DNA of 64,000 nt from Callorhinchus milii (taxonomy: Eukaryota). Both the position numbers and the translations under genes were made by a program. The stretch lies in assembly GCF_018977255.1 (NCBI RefSeq), contig NW_024704743.1, positions 51,710,001 through 51,774,000 on the forward strand, in the 5' to 3' direction. Shown piece after piece: positions 1 to 12,065 of the stretch (positions are counted from its first letter, which is position 1; each line of letters opens with the position of its first letter). The notes under the pieces are model-generated. The model was not told the origin of the DNA. It saw only the letters and a list, made by a program, of their open reading frames with translations, and did no database searches.

Positions 1-120
1 AGGAGGCAGAGGGAGCCCTGATCACAGATGTTCAGAATGAAGAGAGCAAATTCCATTTTTTTAAAAAAACTTTACAACTGAAAACTCTGAGATGGTTGGA
101 TGTTCACAAACTGGATTTGT

Positions 121-568
121 GTGTCAGCCTAACTCAATTGGTAGCACTCTTGCCTCTGAGTCAGAGAGTTGTGGCTTCAAGCCCCACATCAGGACTTTGA
201 ACTGCCAGTCTAGGTTCCAATGTGGTGCTGGGGATTGTGCCTCATTGTCAGAGGTGCCGTCCTTCAGAGGAGACAGTAAATCGAGGTCCTCTCTGTCTAT
301 TCAGGTTGAAGTCAAAGATCACATAGCACCTTTTCTTTAAAAAAAAGATAAGGGAGTTTCTCCCAATGTCCTGGTCAACAATCCCAAAAATAAAATTGGT
401 TGCTCACTTCATGGCTGTTTATGGGACCTTGCTGTGAGCAAATTGGCTGTTGAGTTTACCTAAAAAAAATAAACAGTCACTACACTTTCAGTACATCCTA
501 TGAAATGCTTTGACACATCCTCCTGACATGAAAGGTGCTCTATCGAATAAAATAATTATTATTGTTAT
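121..568 (+). mobile_element. Old tRNA-derived SINE, SacSINE1/DeuSINE-like, near full length
   Basis: Head GTGTCAGCC..CTCAATTGGTAGCACTCTTGCCTCTGAGTCAGA..GTGGCTTCAAGCCCCAC with A/B-box-like motifs; central CCTTCAGA..GTAAATCGAGGTCC..TCAGGTTGAAGTCAAAGATC; 3' GGGACCTTGCTGTGAGCAAATTGGCTG; L2-type tail TGAAAGGTGCTCTAT..(TTA)n. Many diverged copies in the window. Confidence 0.8.
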
Positions 569-2577
569 TTGCTGTGCTAATTGTGATTTCCAGTTTGCAA
601 GCAACTCAAAATCTTTGTCTGCTAATTTCTAGGCTAGCAAAGTCTCAAAAACCATCATAGAGCAAACACAAACAGGAGACAGGAAGAGTTTTAGTCAGTA
701 GCCATCATCAACATGGGATTTGCTATTTGCGACTGTGAGGAGAATCTTATAATACGATATTTACAAACCAGAAAGTGCAATCAGCACAGTCGGCTTTGCA
801 AATATCGCATTTTAGATCCCACTTCATTTTTTCTCTTTAACCATTTAAATCAGGGTATAATCAAATCTGCCAAATGTCAGAATTTTAAATTTTGCAGGTT
901 TAAAATAGCAAGTGGCATGCAGGGTGTCAAAATATATATTTCACGACTGCATTCTTCGAATACACTATGTTTTTTGGGACACACAAGTAAGCCAGTGCTC
1001 ACCTTACAGAACATGCTACTAAATTGAATAAAGCAGGATATACACAAAATTAAATCTAAAAGCTCATAACTTAGTATCATCTGAGTCAGAGGTGATAGAT
1101 TTCATTTATAGAGTGAATCCAAAGCTGTTCAGGGTCAGTAGGATATGGACCATTTCTAGGCTACTGCAAAGTCTGATGGAGTTGATTAATTTGTTGGAAC
1201 TAAGCTTTGTCTTCTCCAGCTCGCTGAACAACTTCATTTCAGCTGATGAGTTCAAGTAGGGGTCAAAACAATCCGCATATCTGACAATTCAAGTAAATGG
1301 GAATTAATTTTATGAGTTAGTGCCAGGCAGCACTGTTAAAACTAAACAAAAAAACTACTGTATCAAACATGCTTTAAACTAAAATTCATATAGCGTGTTG
1401 AGATACATACTTCATGACTGCATTCTTCGCATACACTCTATGTCATGTGTTCACACAAATAAATACAGTTATTAATATATGGCCTGTCCTTCTAAAGTAT
1501 TATGGTTAGGCTCAGGAATAATTGAATCTCTGCCGATTATGATCTCACTAAATTAATAGACCTTTCTTGTGTGATGTGACTGAGCAGCTCGGGCCTGCAC
1601 AGCTGTGCGCTGCAAAATTAATGTCCAGTTCAACTTTTATGTTCATATAATAGCAAACTAGAGTGCAGTACTGGGGTAGTGCACCAATACCAGTGCACAT
1701 GGAAATAGACAGAACTGATCTTAATAGAAGACTGCTGTCTTTCATGTTGCCAACAGCATAGCTTAAGAGAAACCCTCAGGGAGCAAATTACCTTTGTAAA
1801 TTGGTTTGCTCAGATTCCAGTTTCCTTATGATTTTTCTTTTTCTCAGTTCCTGCTTTTCAGCTAAATGTTAATAATAAAATAATACCTTTGTCAACATCA
1901 GGGTTGCAGAACATAGAAGAAAATACTGCCTTGAGACTTTTAAACACTTTAAAGAGCTTATGAAAGCTGTATGCTGCTGCAAAAAATCATTGCATGATTC
2001 ATTCAACAGTAGTTACTTATTCTAAAATAAAATCTCTTTCTGGAATAATTTTCATCTTTTTTGAATAGAGAAGTATCCTTGTGTCTGCAAATTACAAGAC
2101 AATAACTGTACACAAATCGAATGATTGCACATTTTATATTTCAGGACCGGAAAAAAATCTAAATTCTTCAGCTTGTGACAGCCAATGACACAGTATTGTT
2201 TTCAAAATAATTCTTCTTTGAATTGCACCTTAGACCCAAAAAATATATTTTTGGAATATCCAATAGCCTTCACCTGCCACATACCAATGTCATTGCATGC
2301 ACTAGTAATGGGCAATACTGACAGGATGTCATGCTGATAACATACTGTATTGCATAAACTGGAGAAGATCAGCTCATCCTAATTCAACTAGGCTGTAGTG
2401 TCTTCCAATACATTATCCTTAATATGGATACCAGCCCAGATTTGGGTCATCTGGAAAACTAACTTTGCAAATGTTTGTGAAAAGTTTTATTGAACTCAGC
2501 ACAACTCAAATACCTAGAAATCCACTGTTATACTGGAAGTCCATCCTGAGAAAGAAGTAGCCTTTATGGTTATAATG

Positions 2578-2897
2578 CCTTTCGTTGGTGCATATGATGT
2601 AATGAGCTACAGGCACTTACGAGGTGATTTGAACTGTGCTTGGCTTACAGGTGAAGTTGCGGTTATGGGATCTAAAGATTCTGTACAGATTATCTTTAAA
2701 GGGAAAAGGAGTGAAGAGGAGGCAAAGGCAGAATATGTGGAGACTTTTGCAAAACCATGCCCAGCAACTATACAATATTTGTTGATGATATAATTCAACC
2801 GTCATCCACTCGAATGCGTAATTGCAGAGACCTGGAAATGTTGGCTAACAAGAAAGTGAACAACTCCTGGAAAAAACATGGCAATATCCCCTTGTAA
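2578..2897 (+). pseudogene. PCCB: Processed, 5'-truncated pseudogene of propionyl-CoA carboxylase beta chain (C-terminal ~105 aa)
   Basis: Translates as [63 protein letters not shown], then a 1-nt frameshift at ~2776, then [39 protein letters not shown] (TAA 2895-2897). This matches the PCCB C-terminus ([39 protein letters not shown]). No introns at the positions of the last two human PCCB introns. AATAAA at 2988-2993. Confidence 0.92.
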
Positions 2898-3122
2898 TAA
2901 GTTTGAAAATAGGACTCCTAAAACAATGTAATTTTATTAGAGGTTAATCTCTTATATATTTGTTTTCTGCCCTATGTCTGCCATTAAAATAAAATGAATG
3001 TGGTTACGAGTTATCAGCCTGTGACTTGCAAATGTCGTGAGTTAACTGATAAGTATTGGTGTATTCTATCCAAGTAATGATCAATTTACATATTTACCAA
3101 ATGGAGTTCAATGCAGGCTAGA

Positions 3123-3280
3123 TCAGCATGGCTTAATTGGTAACAACACTCTTGCCTCTAAGTCAGAAGGTTGTGAGATCAAACCCACATTGCGACTTGG
3201 CTCAATGCAAGGCTGGGGGTTGCAGAGATTTGTTGGATTTGCTGTCCTTCAGATAAGATGTTAAACCAAGACCAGTTCAG
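3123..3280 (+). mobile_element. 5' half of SacSINE1/Deu-like SINE
   Basis: TCAGCATGGCTTAATTGGTAACAACACTCTTGCCTCTAAGTCAGAAGGTTGTG and CTGTCCTTCAGATAAGATGTTAAACCAAG match the 121-568 family. Confidence 0.7.
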
Positions 3281-4534
3281 CTCCAAGGAGAATATACCTA
3301 CCCCCACACCCCCACCCCCCGAGGATATCCTGCTAAACAGCTGATAATTAATAACTTACATAGTCTCCAACTGTATTCTACTCCAAACAGATACACAAGA
3401 TCACAGATACTATGAACAGTAAAATGTCAAATAATAAATATCACAAAGTGTCTCAATACAATTCATGAGCTATCAAGGGCCCAAAGGAAGCAACATGTCT
3501 GTTATCACAATTAATTCAATAATTGAGCGCTTGCAGTCTTCGGAGCAGCTGCTCTCCATAAAAGAAAGCTGCCAGTCAGCTGTAGAGTGAAGAATTCTGT
3601 TTACCTATATTCTAAAAGTCCCACTTTGATCTTGAGACCTAAGATATGTAACTTCAAATATGTAGTGTGTTCAGGCATCAATCCTTTGATCTGCAAGTTA
3701 CAATACCTTCCATCTCATGAGTCAAAGTGCAATGCACTAAAAATTTCTCGACTTTCTTCAATGTGCTTGAAGGCAGATAATGCAATTCTCCAGTGATTTT
3801 CTTTTCTTGAAATAATATTGGTAATAATAATTCCTGCTTTCAATATAGCTCCTTATCGCACTGTCAAGATGTCTCAAGGCGCTTCACATATTTTTACTTT
3901 AATGTGTAGTAACTGTGCATTTAAAGGAGAATATTTGATAGGCAATGTAGAAGTCATTCAGTGTTTGTGATCACTCTTAAACAGATTCCAGATAACTGAC
4001 TCCAAAAAGCCAATGGTTTTGAGTAACCCTTTATACTCACAATCTTGTTGCTTTGATGAGTTTCCCAAAATTGCATGCAATAGTTGAAATATGGCAGGAC
4101 ATTTCTAAAATGTTATAAAAAATGTTTCAAATTATAATTAAACATCTTTAAGATACATCTTAGTGTTGTATCATTTTTATTGACAATAGCTTCACGCTGA
4201 CAGGCACCCTTCAGTGAATTTTCACAAATTATTTTCTTTTTCCACTCTTGGACACTCATCTATCTTGATCAATGTTTCCTGTTTAAATGTATCCAACTTT
4301 ATATCTATATTAAATTCCTCTCTCGCTCCTTAGCCCATCTGCTCATTAGGTTCAAATTCTTTGAATGGTGCTACTTGTCAGCTAAACAGATAGTTTCATA
4401 TTATCAACAAATTATATGATAAAAAATACCCTATCCTACAACTCATTCATAAATGGTGAGAACAAGAAGAGCCCAAGAACAGCCTAAGTTTGGGAAATCA
4501 CATAATCAACCTCTTCAGTCAAATGATTATACAG

Positions 4535-4745
4535 TGGCCAACAATCCACCAAATAAAATTGATCACTGATTCCTTGGCTATTTGTGGGACATTGCTTTGT
4601 GTAAATTGGCTGCCGCATTTTGTCCACAAGATACTGTCAATCCACTTTACAGGATATCCTGTGAAGTGCTTTGAGACATCTCAATCACATCTCATAAGCA
4701 ACACAAAATAAAGTGCTATATCAAATGCAACAATTATTATTATTA
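4535..4745 (+). mobile_element. 3' part of SINE (Deu-like body plus L2-type tail)
   Basis: TTTGTGGGACATTGCTTTGTGTAAATTGGCTGCCGC..GTGCTATATCAAATGCAA..(TTA)n. Confidence 0.7.
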
Positions 4746-4780
4746 TGGGTTCAATCCCATGTTGGACTTTGAACTCATGT

Positions 4781-4850
4781 CTAAGGTGATCCAACCTTTT
4801 GGCTGCCGCGGGTTGGATTCACTATTTGAGAAAGGTCTGCAGGCTGCATA
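4781..4850 (+). mobile_element. hAT-Charlie-like (MER30-type) DNA transposon terminal fragment
   Basis: AGGTGATCCAACCTTTTGGCTGCCGCGGG resembles the recalled Charlie-type left end CAGGGGTGTCCAACCTTTTGGC; no matching right end seen. Confidence 0.4.
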
Positions 4851-4879
4851 AGCAATATTTTGTGTTTTCTTTCCAGAAA

Positions 4880-5105
4880 CATAACATTTACACAGCACCT
4901 TTTTCATGTTGGAAGGACATCTCAAAGCACTCGACATTGCTGACTGAGCAGTCAGCTGGGGGTGGGAGCCGAGGGAGGTGGGATGTGGAGGGTGAAAAGA
5001 TGACCAAAAGCGTGGTCAGATAGTTAGGTCTTGATGTGCTTTGAAAGAGGGGAGGGAGGGAGCGAGTCAGAGGAACTCTAAGGAATGGAACTCCAGAGAG
5101 CGGGG
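4880..5105 (-). mobile_element. L2 LINE 3' end fragment
   Basis: Minus strand carries CTCTGGAGTTCCATTCC (WNS-like region), a pyrimidine-rich 3' UTR and the tail GATGTCCTTCCAACATGAAAAAGGTGCTGTGTAAATG. Confidence 0.7.
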
Positions 5106-5778
5106 GAAAAATGGCAATGGTGGGGCAGATGGGTTGGGGGGCCATGGCGTATGCTTCATGTGGCGCAAGTCATTGGCAAGTGGAGTGAACATGGACGACC
5201 CATTCACAGCAGCACAGCTGTGTGACCAGCAACTACAGAACTAGGAATCACCAATAACAACGTGCACTTATATAACACTTTTCACATAGGACAACATCTC
5301 AAATAATTTCACAGAATTATTCTGAAGCACTCTGAATTACCAATTGTATTTTTCTTGAGGATCTTCAAAATAGGTTTAGATTTTCAAGACAGACTCAATT
5401 GGCGCTTGTCAAAAAGTGCATTAATGATTGAAAGCCTCTGGCTTAAACTTACAGGCATTATAAATCAGGCACGAGTGGAGCAATTCTTCATATATATATA
5501 AACCATTATTGAAATATCAGACTCTCTGAATCATATGCCTACAACCTGACTTGCTTTGCTTTCAGCTTGGCTCATTCACCTTTTACTTTTACTCTGAACG
5601 GAAGGTTTATGTTTACAAACACTATTTTACAGTAGAAAAACAACTAGGTTGAAAAAGTACTATTTGGAAAACGGTAGCATGAATGGCACCCATACCAGAA
5701 AAAGCACCACATATCGCATAAAGCATGGTTCTGATTCAAGATCAACAAAACCAAGGTCTTGCAAATTAGAGCGATGTA

Positions 5779-5892
5779 CAGGGTGACCTAAAAAGTCATG
5801 ATGCCATTACAGTATCTAATAAGCCTTAAACAAAATGATGATATTCTTAGATAATAAGGTAGCTGAAAAATAAGGCTTTTGGGTCACCCTTG
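5779..5892. mobile_element. Tc1/mariner-type MITE, 114 bp
   Basis: TA|CAGGGTGACCTAAAAAGTC ... GGCTTTTGGGTCACCCTTG|TA: ~19-bp imperfect terminal inverted repeats flanked by TA (5777-78, 5893-94). Confidence 0.75.
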
Positions 5893-8390
5893 TACCTTGG
5901 TTTTCCTGTAGTAGACTCGCTTGACTTCATTCACTTCATGGCTGTTTGTGGGACATCACTGTGTATGAATTGACAAGACACTTTTGTCTACAAACAGAAC
6001 ACAAACAGGAACTGCACTTAAAGGTAAAATCCTCTGAAATACTTTGAGACATCTTGATGATGTGATAAGGCACTATATCAAATGCAAGGATTATTATTAC
6101 TTAGATCCCAAGGTTTTGTTTCCCACAGTTTGAGGCATAATTTACATTATGGGCCTTTTTCATGAAAAAAAAGCAATCCGAGACTCTGTCCAGTGTAAAG
6201 GGTGATATATAAATGCAAGTTGTTGTTTTTCCAACAATGGGAGAAATGGGATTGATGATCTTGTAGCTTTTCTCATTCAATGATATCTTCCATTCCAGAC
6301 TATAGCTTTAAATGCAGTTGTGTTATTCCAACAGATACGGTATACAACTCGCCACTGGGTGAGGCTTTTTTACTTCAGTATTATTGGTACCAACTTTGAG
6401 AAAATATAAACACCTTATGATTAATAGTTGCAGATTCTTCAGAAAAAAAATGATTGATGAATTCCACAAACACTGATATCTACTTTCATATTAATTATAC
6501 CAGAGTGAAATACATTGTTTTTTTTATTCTTAGCATGTTGTCCTATCTCTTTCTCTTACATGAAAGGTGCTATACAAAAGTTGTTGTTGTTATCGTTGAA
6601 AATTAAACACAAATTCTCAGGCTCACTTCACTTTTAGTATTCTCATCGGTGATGTTCAGAAGAATTGTCTTGTAGGTCATAGCTGGCAACAGTTTGCTCT
6701 GATCTGCTCCACAAACTTCACACTATTTGAACTTGCGCTTTCCCAGGGCATTACTAAAACTGTTTGCTCCTGTTATTCTTGAAATAAAAATGGTGTACTT
6801 TATAAATTTTTAACACCGCATATTTTTGTTGCTGATGCTTTCAGGCAACTCACATCACTATCTGGACACATGATTCCGAAGCCAGGAGGCTGACTGCCCC
6901 TATTTGTAAACAAGTCTAAAAACACGGATACATTAGTGTCACTTCCCAGCAAACTCAGCATTAAGAAATGCCATGTCTGCGTCCACAAAACAGTTTGACA
7001 CAGCAATAAGAAATCAATTATTCATTGTGGCATTTTCTATGAAGAAAATCTACATTTGCTGCTTTTAAAAAGGTAAAAAGATACATCTTGAGTAAACCTG
7101 CCGTGNAAAAAAAAACTTGCTAAATGCCTGTATGTTTCAGCCAGAAGCTTTCGATGAAAATGTTCAACTGCCAAGTAAATACCAAGATTCTAACCTGATT
7201 TGTTCTCATTTTTTATTTAATTCCTATGAATGTTCTGGCTACAAAAAGCTACTGAGCACATTGTCAGCCTGCAGACTGCCATCTTGTCACTGCTGCCAGA
7301 GATGACATATGACAGGACAAGCTGCTGAAACCAAGCCCTGGCCAGGCCTTCTAACCTTCCTGCAGAATGTCCCCTCAGGAAGGTCTAAGGATGGTGACAT
7401 TGATGGGGCACTGTAGCATGGATCTCTATTGATGAGTACATATCTCTGTTTGTAGTTCATGCTCCCCCTTTCAGTAATGGCGTTAACATCACCTACCTGA
7501 TGTCAGTCCCTGCAATGATCACTGCCAGGAGATAGGCTGATGCTCCCTGGTCCGCTGTGCCGATGATGACTGTTTGGCTGATACCATCAGTTGAATTCAA
7601 TCACTATTGCACCTCATTTCCATCCATCCTTACCAGTGCTGCCACTATCCCTTCAGTTCATGCACCTTTATTTTCATTTAAAGCTCTATCGTATTGAAAA
7701 CAATAGCACAAGCAGGAAGGTTACTTCTAGCAGGTGAGTAATTTAGCAGTACATTATTCAAATATCCTTTGATGGTTAAAACGTTGGTGGATATTATTTA
7801 GTGTCATTATGAGAATTGTTTTCTATTTACTCAGCATTGCTGTTACATTAAGTTCACACTGAGCATTTCCATATCAGATACACCATTTCCCAAAATATAA
7901 ACAGAACCACACTTCCCAAAATACAAACCAAACCACACTTAAGTTAAAGTAACATATCAATATCCAGTCCATGTTGTGAATAATTCTTTGCTTTAAAATG
8001 TCAATGTATATTAAATATATTCAATAACTGAAGGGGGAGGGAAACCAAAATATTTTTCACAGGCTAAATCCTATTCATGCCCATGTAGCAGAGATTGATG
8101 AAATTCAGTCTACAAAGTAGGTTCCTACCCATGAAAAACACATTTATTTTAAGATGTGCCATATGAACAAAATGAAATAAAAATATAAAGAGGTCCAATG
8201 CAACCTACAGGAAAGCTCTGCTGCTGAACTGATATCTGTTTTCAGGTCATTCCTATTTACTAAGCTAAGAATGTGGACAAGGTTCCTTTTCTCGATTGAA
8301 ACAGGTTTAGAGAGGATCTTGTAGAGATGGACAAAGTAGAACCTTACATAAATGTACAGCAGAAAAGGAGGCCATTCGACCCATCATTGT

Positions 8391-8660
8391 GTGTCAGCTT
8401 GGCTCAATTGTAGCACTGCCACCTCAGAGCCAGAAGGTTATGGATTCAAATCCCACATCGGGACATGGAACTCACATAAACTAATAATAACTTGGTCACT
8501 TAATTTACGACAGTTTGTGGGACATTGTTGTGCGCAATTGCCTGCCACGCTTCGCCCACAAAATATACAGTTAATTCACTTTCCAGTATATTCTGTGAAG
8601 GGTTTGGGATGTCTCAGCGATGTGATTAGGCGCTTTATCAAATGCAAGGATTATTATTAT
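8391..8660 (+). mobile_element. Internally deleted SINE (SacSINE1-like head joined to tail)
   Basis: GTGTCAGCTTGGCTCAATTGTAGCACTGCCACCTCAGAGCCAGAAGG..TTCAAATCCCAC followed directly by GTGGGACATTGTTGTGCGCAATTG..CAAATGCAAGG(ATT)n. Confidence 0.75.
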
Positions 8661-10089
8661 AAAGCAGCCTTTGCTTGTTGGTACGTATATAAACACAGAA
8701 TCATTTAGTTTTAGAGTTAACACAAAACAAATTCTCAGCAAAGTTGACGTTAAAAAGTTACAATATATAAATATGGCATATAAGACTCCCAAAAGTGTTT
8801 TAAGTTTAAAAATAATTACTTTCAAAAACTTCCTTTTGAAAAATAAAAAGGTTTCAAAGATCTGTATATTTGGCAATTACCATTTCAAGCATTATCCCTC
8901 CATTATTTTTGTTCTTAATCTCTTGCAGCTATCTAATGGATTTCATACTGCTACCCACAAGAGAGTCCTATTGTTTTACCTCAACATAAAAGAGAAGACT
9001 TTCAAATCAAGCTTTTAAGAACCAAAACCAAAACCTCCCTTTTTCTTCCTTGAAGCATATTTTTTTGAGAAAAAAAGGCGACTGATCTTTCCTACGAGTA
9101 TTATCAATAGTTAAAATACCATTTAGTCTTAGCGCATGCTAAATAAACAATTTTAACCTTTTAAGAAGTGTAGGCTGTGTAGCTGCACATGCACTGTATT
9201 TTACAAGTCCAATATGTGCCATGGTTCAGTGTGACAAATGTGTCTCTGCTGTTAACTCAGTCCCACGAACAGCTTATTAAATTTTAATAATGCATATCAT
9301 CTATCATTTCTCCATTGAATTCTTTCATATTCTTACAGCGCTGCTTATGATTACAAATAAACAAAAACTGTTTTTGAATGCAGTCTCAAATCCCTGGCAC
9401 TGCATGCCAAGCTGAACTGGTCATTGTGAAGCGTTAAGCAACACAATGCTCAGAAGCCTTGTTTAATATATATAAAAAAAAGTTTAACTGCTGGGGGGGA
9501 AAAAAAAACTGTAACCCAGTTTCCCCAAGTACGTAAGTCACTCCAGACGTATAACATTAGCTTGTTCATATTGACGTGCTGCCAAATGTGGAGACGAGAT
9601 TTAGAAGCACATTCAACACAACAAAATGAACTCACATACTACTCTCGGATTAACTCAGTATCCTTTCCTACATATTAAACAAGCTCACACCAAAACATAT
9701 AGATTAAAATATATCTGGTTAAAGGAAGGAAGACAAAGTATGCCAAGTATTGTCCCTTTCTTTCGCTTTTTTTTGTGTTATCACTAATTAAGTATGGGGC
9801 CTGTTTATCTTCATGATGTAGGAGTGAAAGACTGGTGAACTCAAATATGAAGATTAACATGGCAAACCTGCTTATTTTAGGAAAGAAGTTATTATACAGG
9901 CAGATAAAGCAACTGCTACCCTCAAACAAATGAACAGAGAAGGTTAAGAGGAGACTTAGTAGAAGTTTTCAAAATTGTGAGGGGATTTGTGCTGCATGTA
10001 TAAATTAATAGTACAAAAAAAGTTTCTCCTGCCAATGAGATGGTTGTCTGTGCAATAATCCTATAGAACAATCTGAATGTCAAACTGCA

Positions 10090-11008
10090 TATTAAATTTT
10101 GTAAGATAGGAAAAGTAGTAAATGGTGAGGAGGATATGAGCAGATTGCAAGAGGACATAGTCAGATTGGTAAAATGGGCAGACACATAGCAGATGACATT
10201 TAATGTGGAAAAATGCAAAGTGCTGCATTTTGGGAGGAAGAATGAGAGAGGCAATATAAGCTGATGGTACAATCTTATAGGGGGTGAAGGAACAGAGAGA
10301 CCTGGGGGTTCATGTAAGTAAATCTTTGAAGGTGTCAGAACAGGTAGATAAAGCTGTTTGAAAAAACATATGGGATACTAGGCTTTATAAATTAGGGGCA
10401 TAGAATACAAAAGACTAGAAGTTATGATGAACCTTTATAAAACACTGGGTAGACCTCAGCTAGAGACTGTGTTCAGTTCTGGCCACCACACTTTAGGAAG
10501 GATGTCAAGACATTAGAGAGGGTGCAAAGGAGATTTACCAGGATGGTACCAGGAATGAGGGACTTCAGTTATGAGAAGAGGCTAGAGAAGCTTGGATTAT
10601 TCTCCTTGGAGCAGAGAAGGTTAAGAGGAGACTTAATAAAAGTTTTCAAAATTATGAGGGGATTCGATAGGGTGAACAAGAAGAAATTGTTTCCACTGGC
10701 GGGTGGGTCAGTAACCTGAGGACACCGATTCAAAATAGTTGTTAAAAGAAACAGAGGGGAAGTGAGGAGTAATTATTTCACACAGTGAGTTGTTCAGATC
10801 TGGAATGCATTGCTTAAAAGGGTGGTGGAAGCTGATCCGAAAACAACTTTTAAGAGAGAAGTAGGTAATTATTTAGGGAGGACAAGTTTGCAGGGCTATG
10901 GGGAGTGTNGGGGGAGTGGGATTGATTTGGATAGCTCGTTTCAAAGAGCCGGCACATATACGATGGGCTGAATGGCCTCCTTCTATGCTGTATATTCTAT
11001 GATTCTGT
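10090..11008 (+). mobile_element. CR1-clade LINE, 5'-truncated (RT C-terminus plus 3' UTR)
   Basis: Encodes FNVEKCKVLHFGRKN, VQFWPP, ERVQRRFTRMVPGM..YEKRLEKLGLFSLEQRRLRGDLI, typical of CR1 ORF2; ends GAATGGCCTCCTTCTATGCTGTAT(ATTCTATG)n. Confidence 0.92.
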
Positions 11009-11449
11009 GAAAGACATCAGACATATTTATTTGTACAATGAGTAATTGACAGATAGAATGGATCACTGGGAATGGTAGTTGACTCCAGGATACTGGGCTC
11101 ATTTGAAAAAATAGTTTGATGCTACAATGAAAATACAGTAGAGTAGGTATTCTGAGAAAGATGAGATCAGATGGGTGGAAGAGGCTTCTTCATCAATTGA
11201 GATTTTGGAAACATATTTGAACAAACTTAAATAACTTTGAATTTTGTGGGTAAATGCAATTCTGGGGTGTGAATCCTCCTGATGTGAAAGGCACTATACA
11301 AATGTAATGTTATTGTTGTTGATGTTGAATCCAAAGACCAGATTTTCAGAGGAATTCAAAGTCTTGTGATGTCCTCAGCACCTTAGTACGTTCTCCTGAC
11401 GTGAAAGGAGCTATTATATAAATACATAATATATATATATATACACACA

Positions 11450-12039
11450 CTAGCTGTACTCATTGCAGCTATGCTTGCAACAAAGGATCCAATCTGGAGT
11501 GTAGATTGACACATAGACAGACACACAGGCAGACATTTCATCTTTATCTGTACTCACCTGGGAGGACTCCTGTTGGAGGACACGTTTCGGGAGGACTCAA
11601 TGGGAGGACTCGGCACTTTAAAAATGCAATTCTGTTGTTGTTGCCATGGCTTAACTTCATCTGTGTTCTTTATTTTGTTCCCACCGCTTGGCTACGTGCG
11701 TGCTCTATGGCGCAGGATGGCACAGAGCCACGGTCAGCCAACCCAACCACCAAGTGTAACTGCAGTGTGTGCGTACTTACGTAGGGCTCTGTGACGCACA
11801 ATGCCACAGCACAACTTTGACTCTGAAGCCACTAGGTGTAACTGCAGCAAAAAACGCAAAACTGAAAATAACTCATGAATGATAGGGGATACCTGAAAAC
11901 AAATATGCCCGTGTCGCTCCCAGTTGCAAGATGAGGTATACATAATGTCTCTACATCAATCGGTTATTGAGACCCTTCTTGAAGCGCAGACAGACACTAT
12001 CATTTTATTGGTGTATATATATATATATATGACGATAGA
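11450..12039 (-). mobile_element. Non-autonomous Helitron-like element (~590 bp)
   Basis: Minus strand begins A|TC (12039) followed by (TA)n and GTCTGTCTG microsatellite. It ends with the hairpin TTGCAAGC-ATA-GCTGCAA (11463-11480) about 10 nt before CTAG|T (11453-11450). No TSD seen. Confidence 0.6.
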
Positions 12040-12065
12040 TAGGAAGAAGATAGATATATAACAAG

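Noticed and set aside
3686..3806. Possible minus-strand coding exon (KKITGELHYLPSSTLKKVEKFLVHCTLTHEME)
   Set aside because: Weak splice sites and no recognisable homology; similar candidates at 22202-22311 and 27939-28110 could not be linked into a gene.
11561..11610. CRISPR-like GGAGGAC repeats
   Set aside because: 7-9 nt units with very short irregular spacers, a eukaryotic context and no cas genes.
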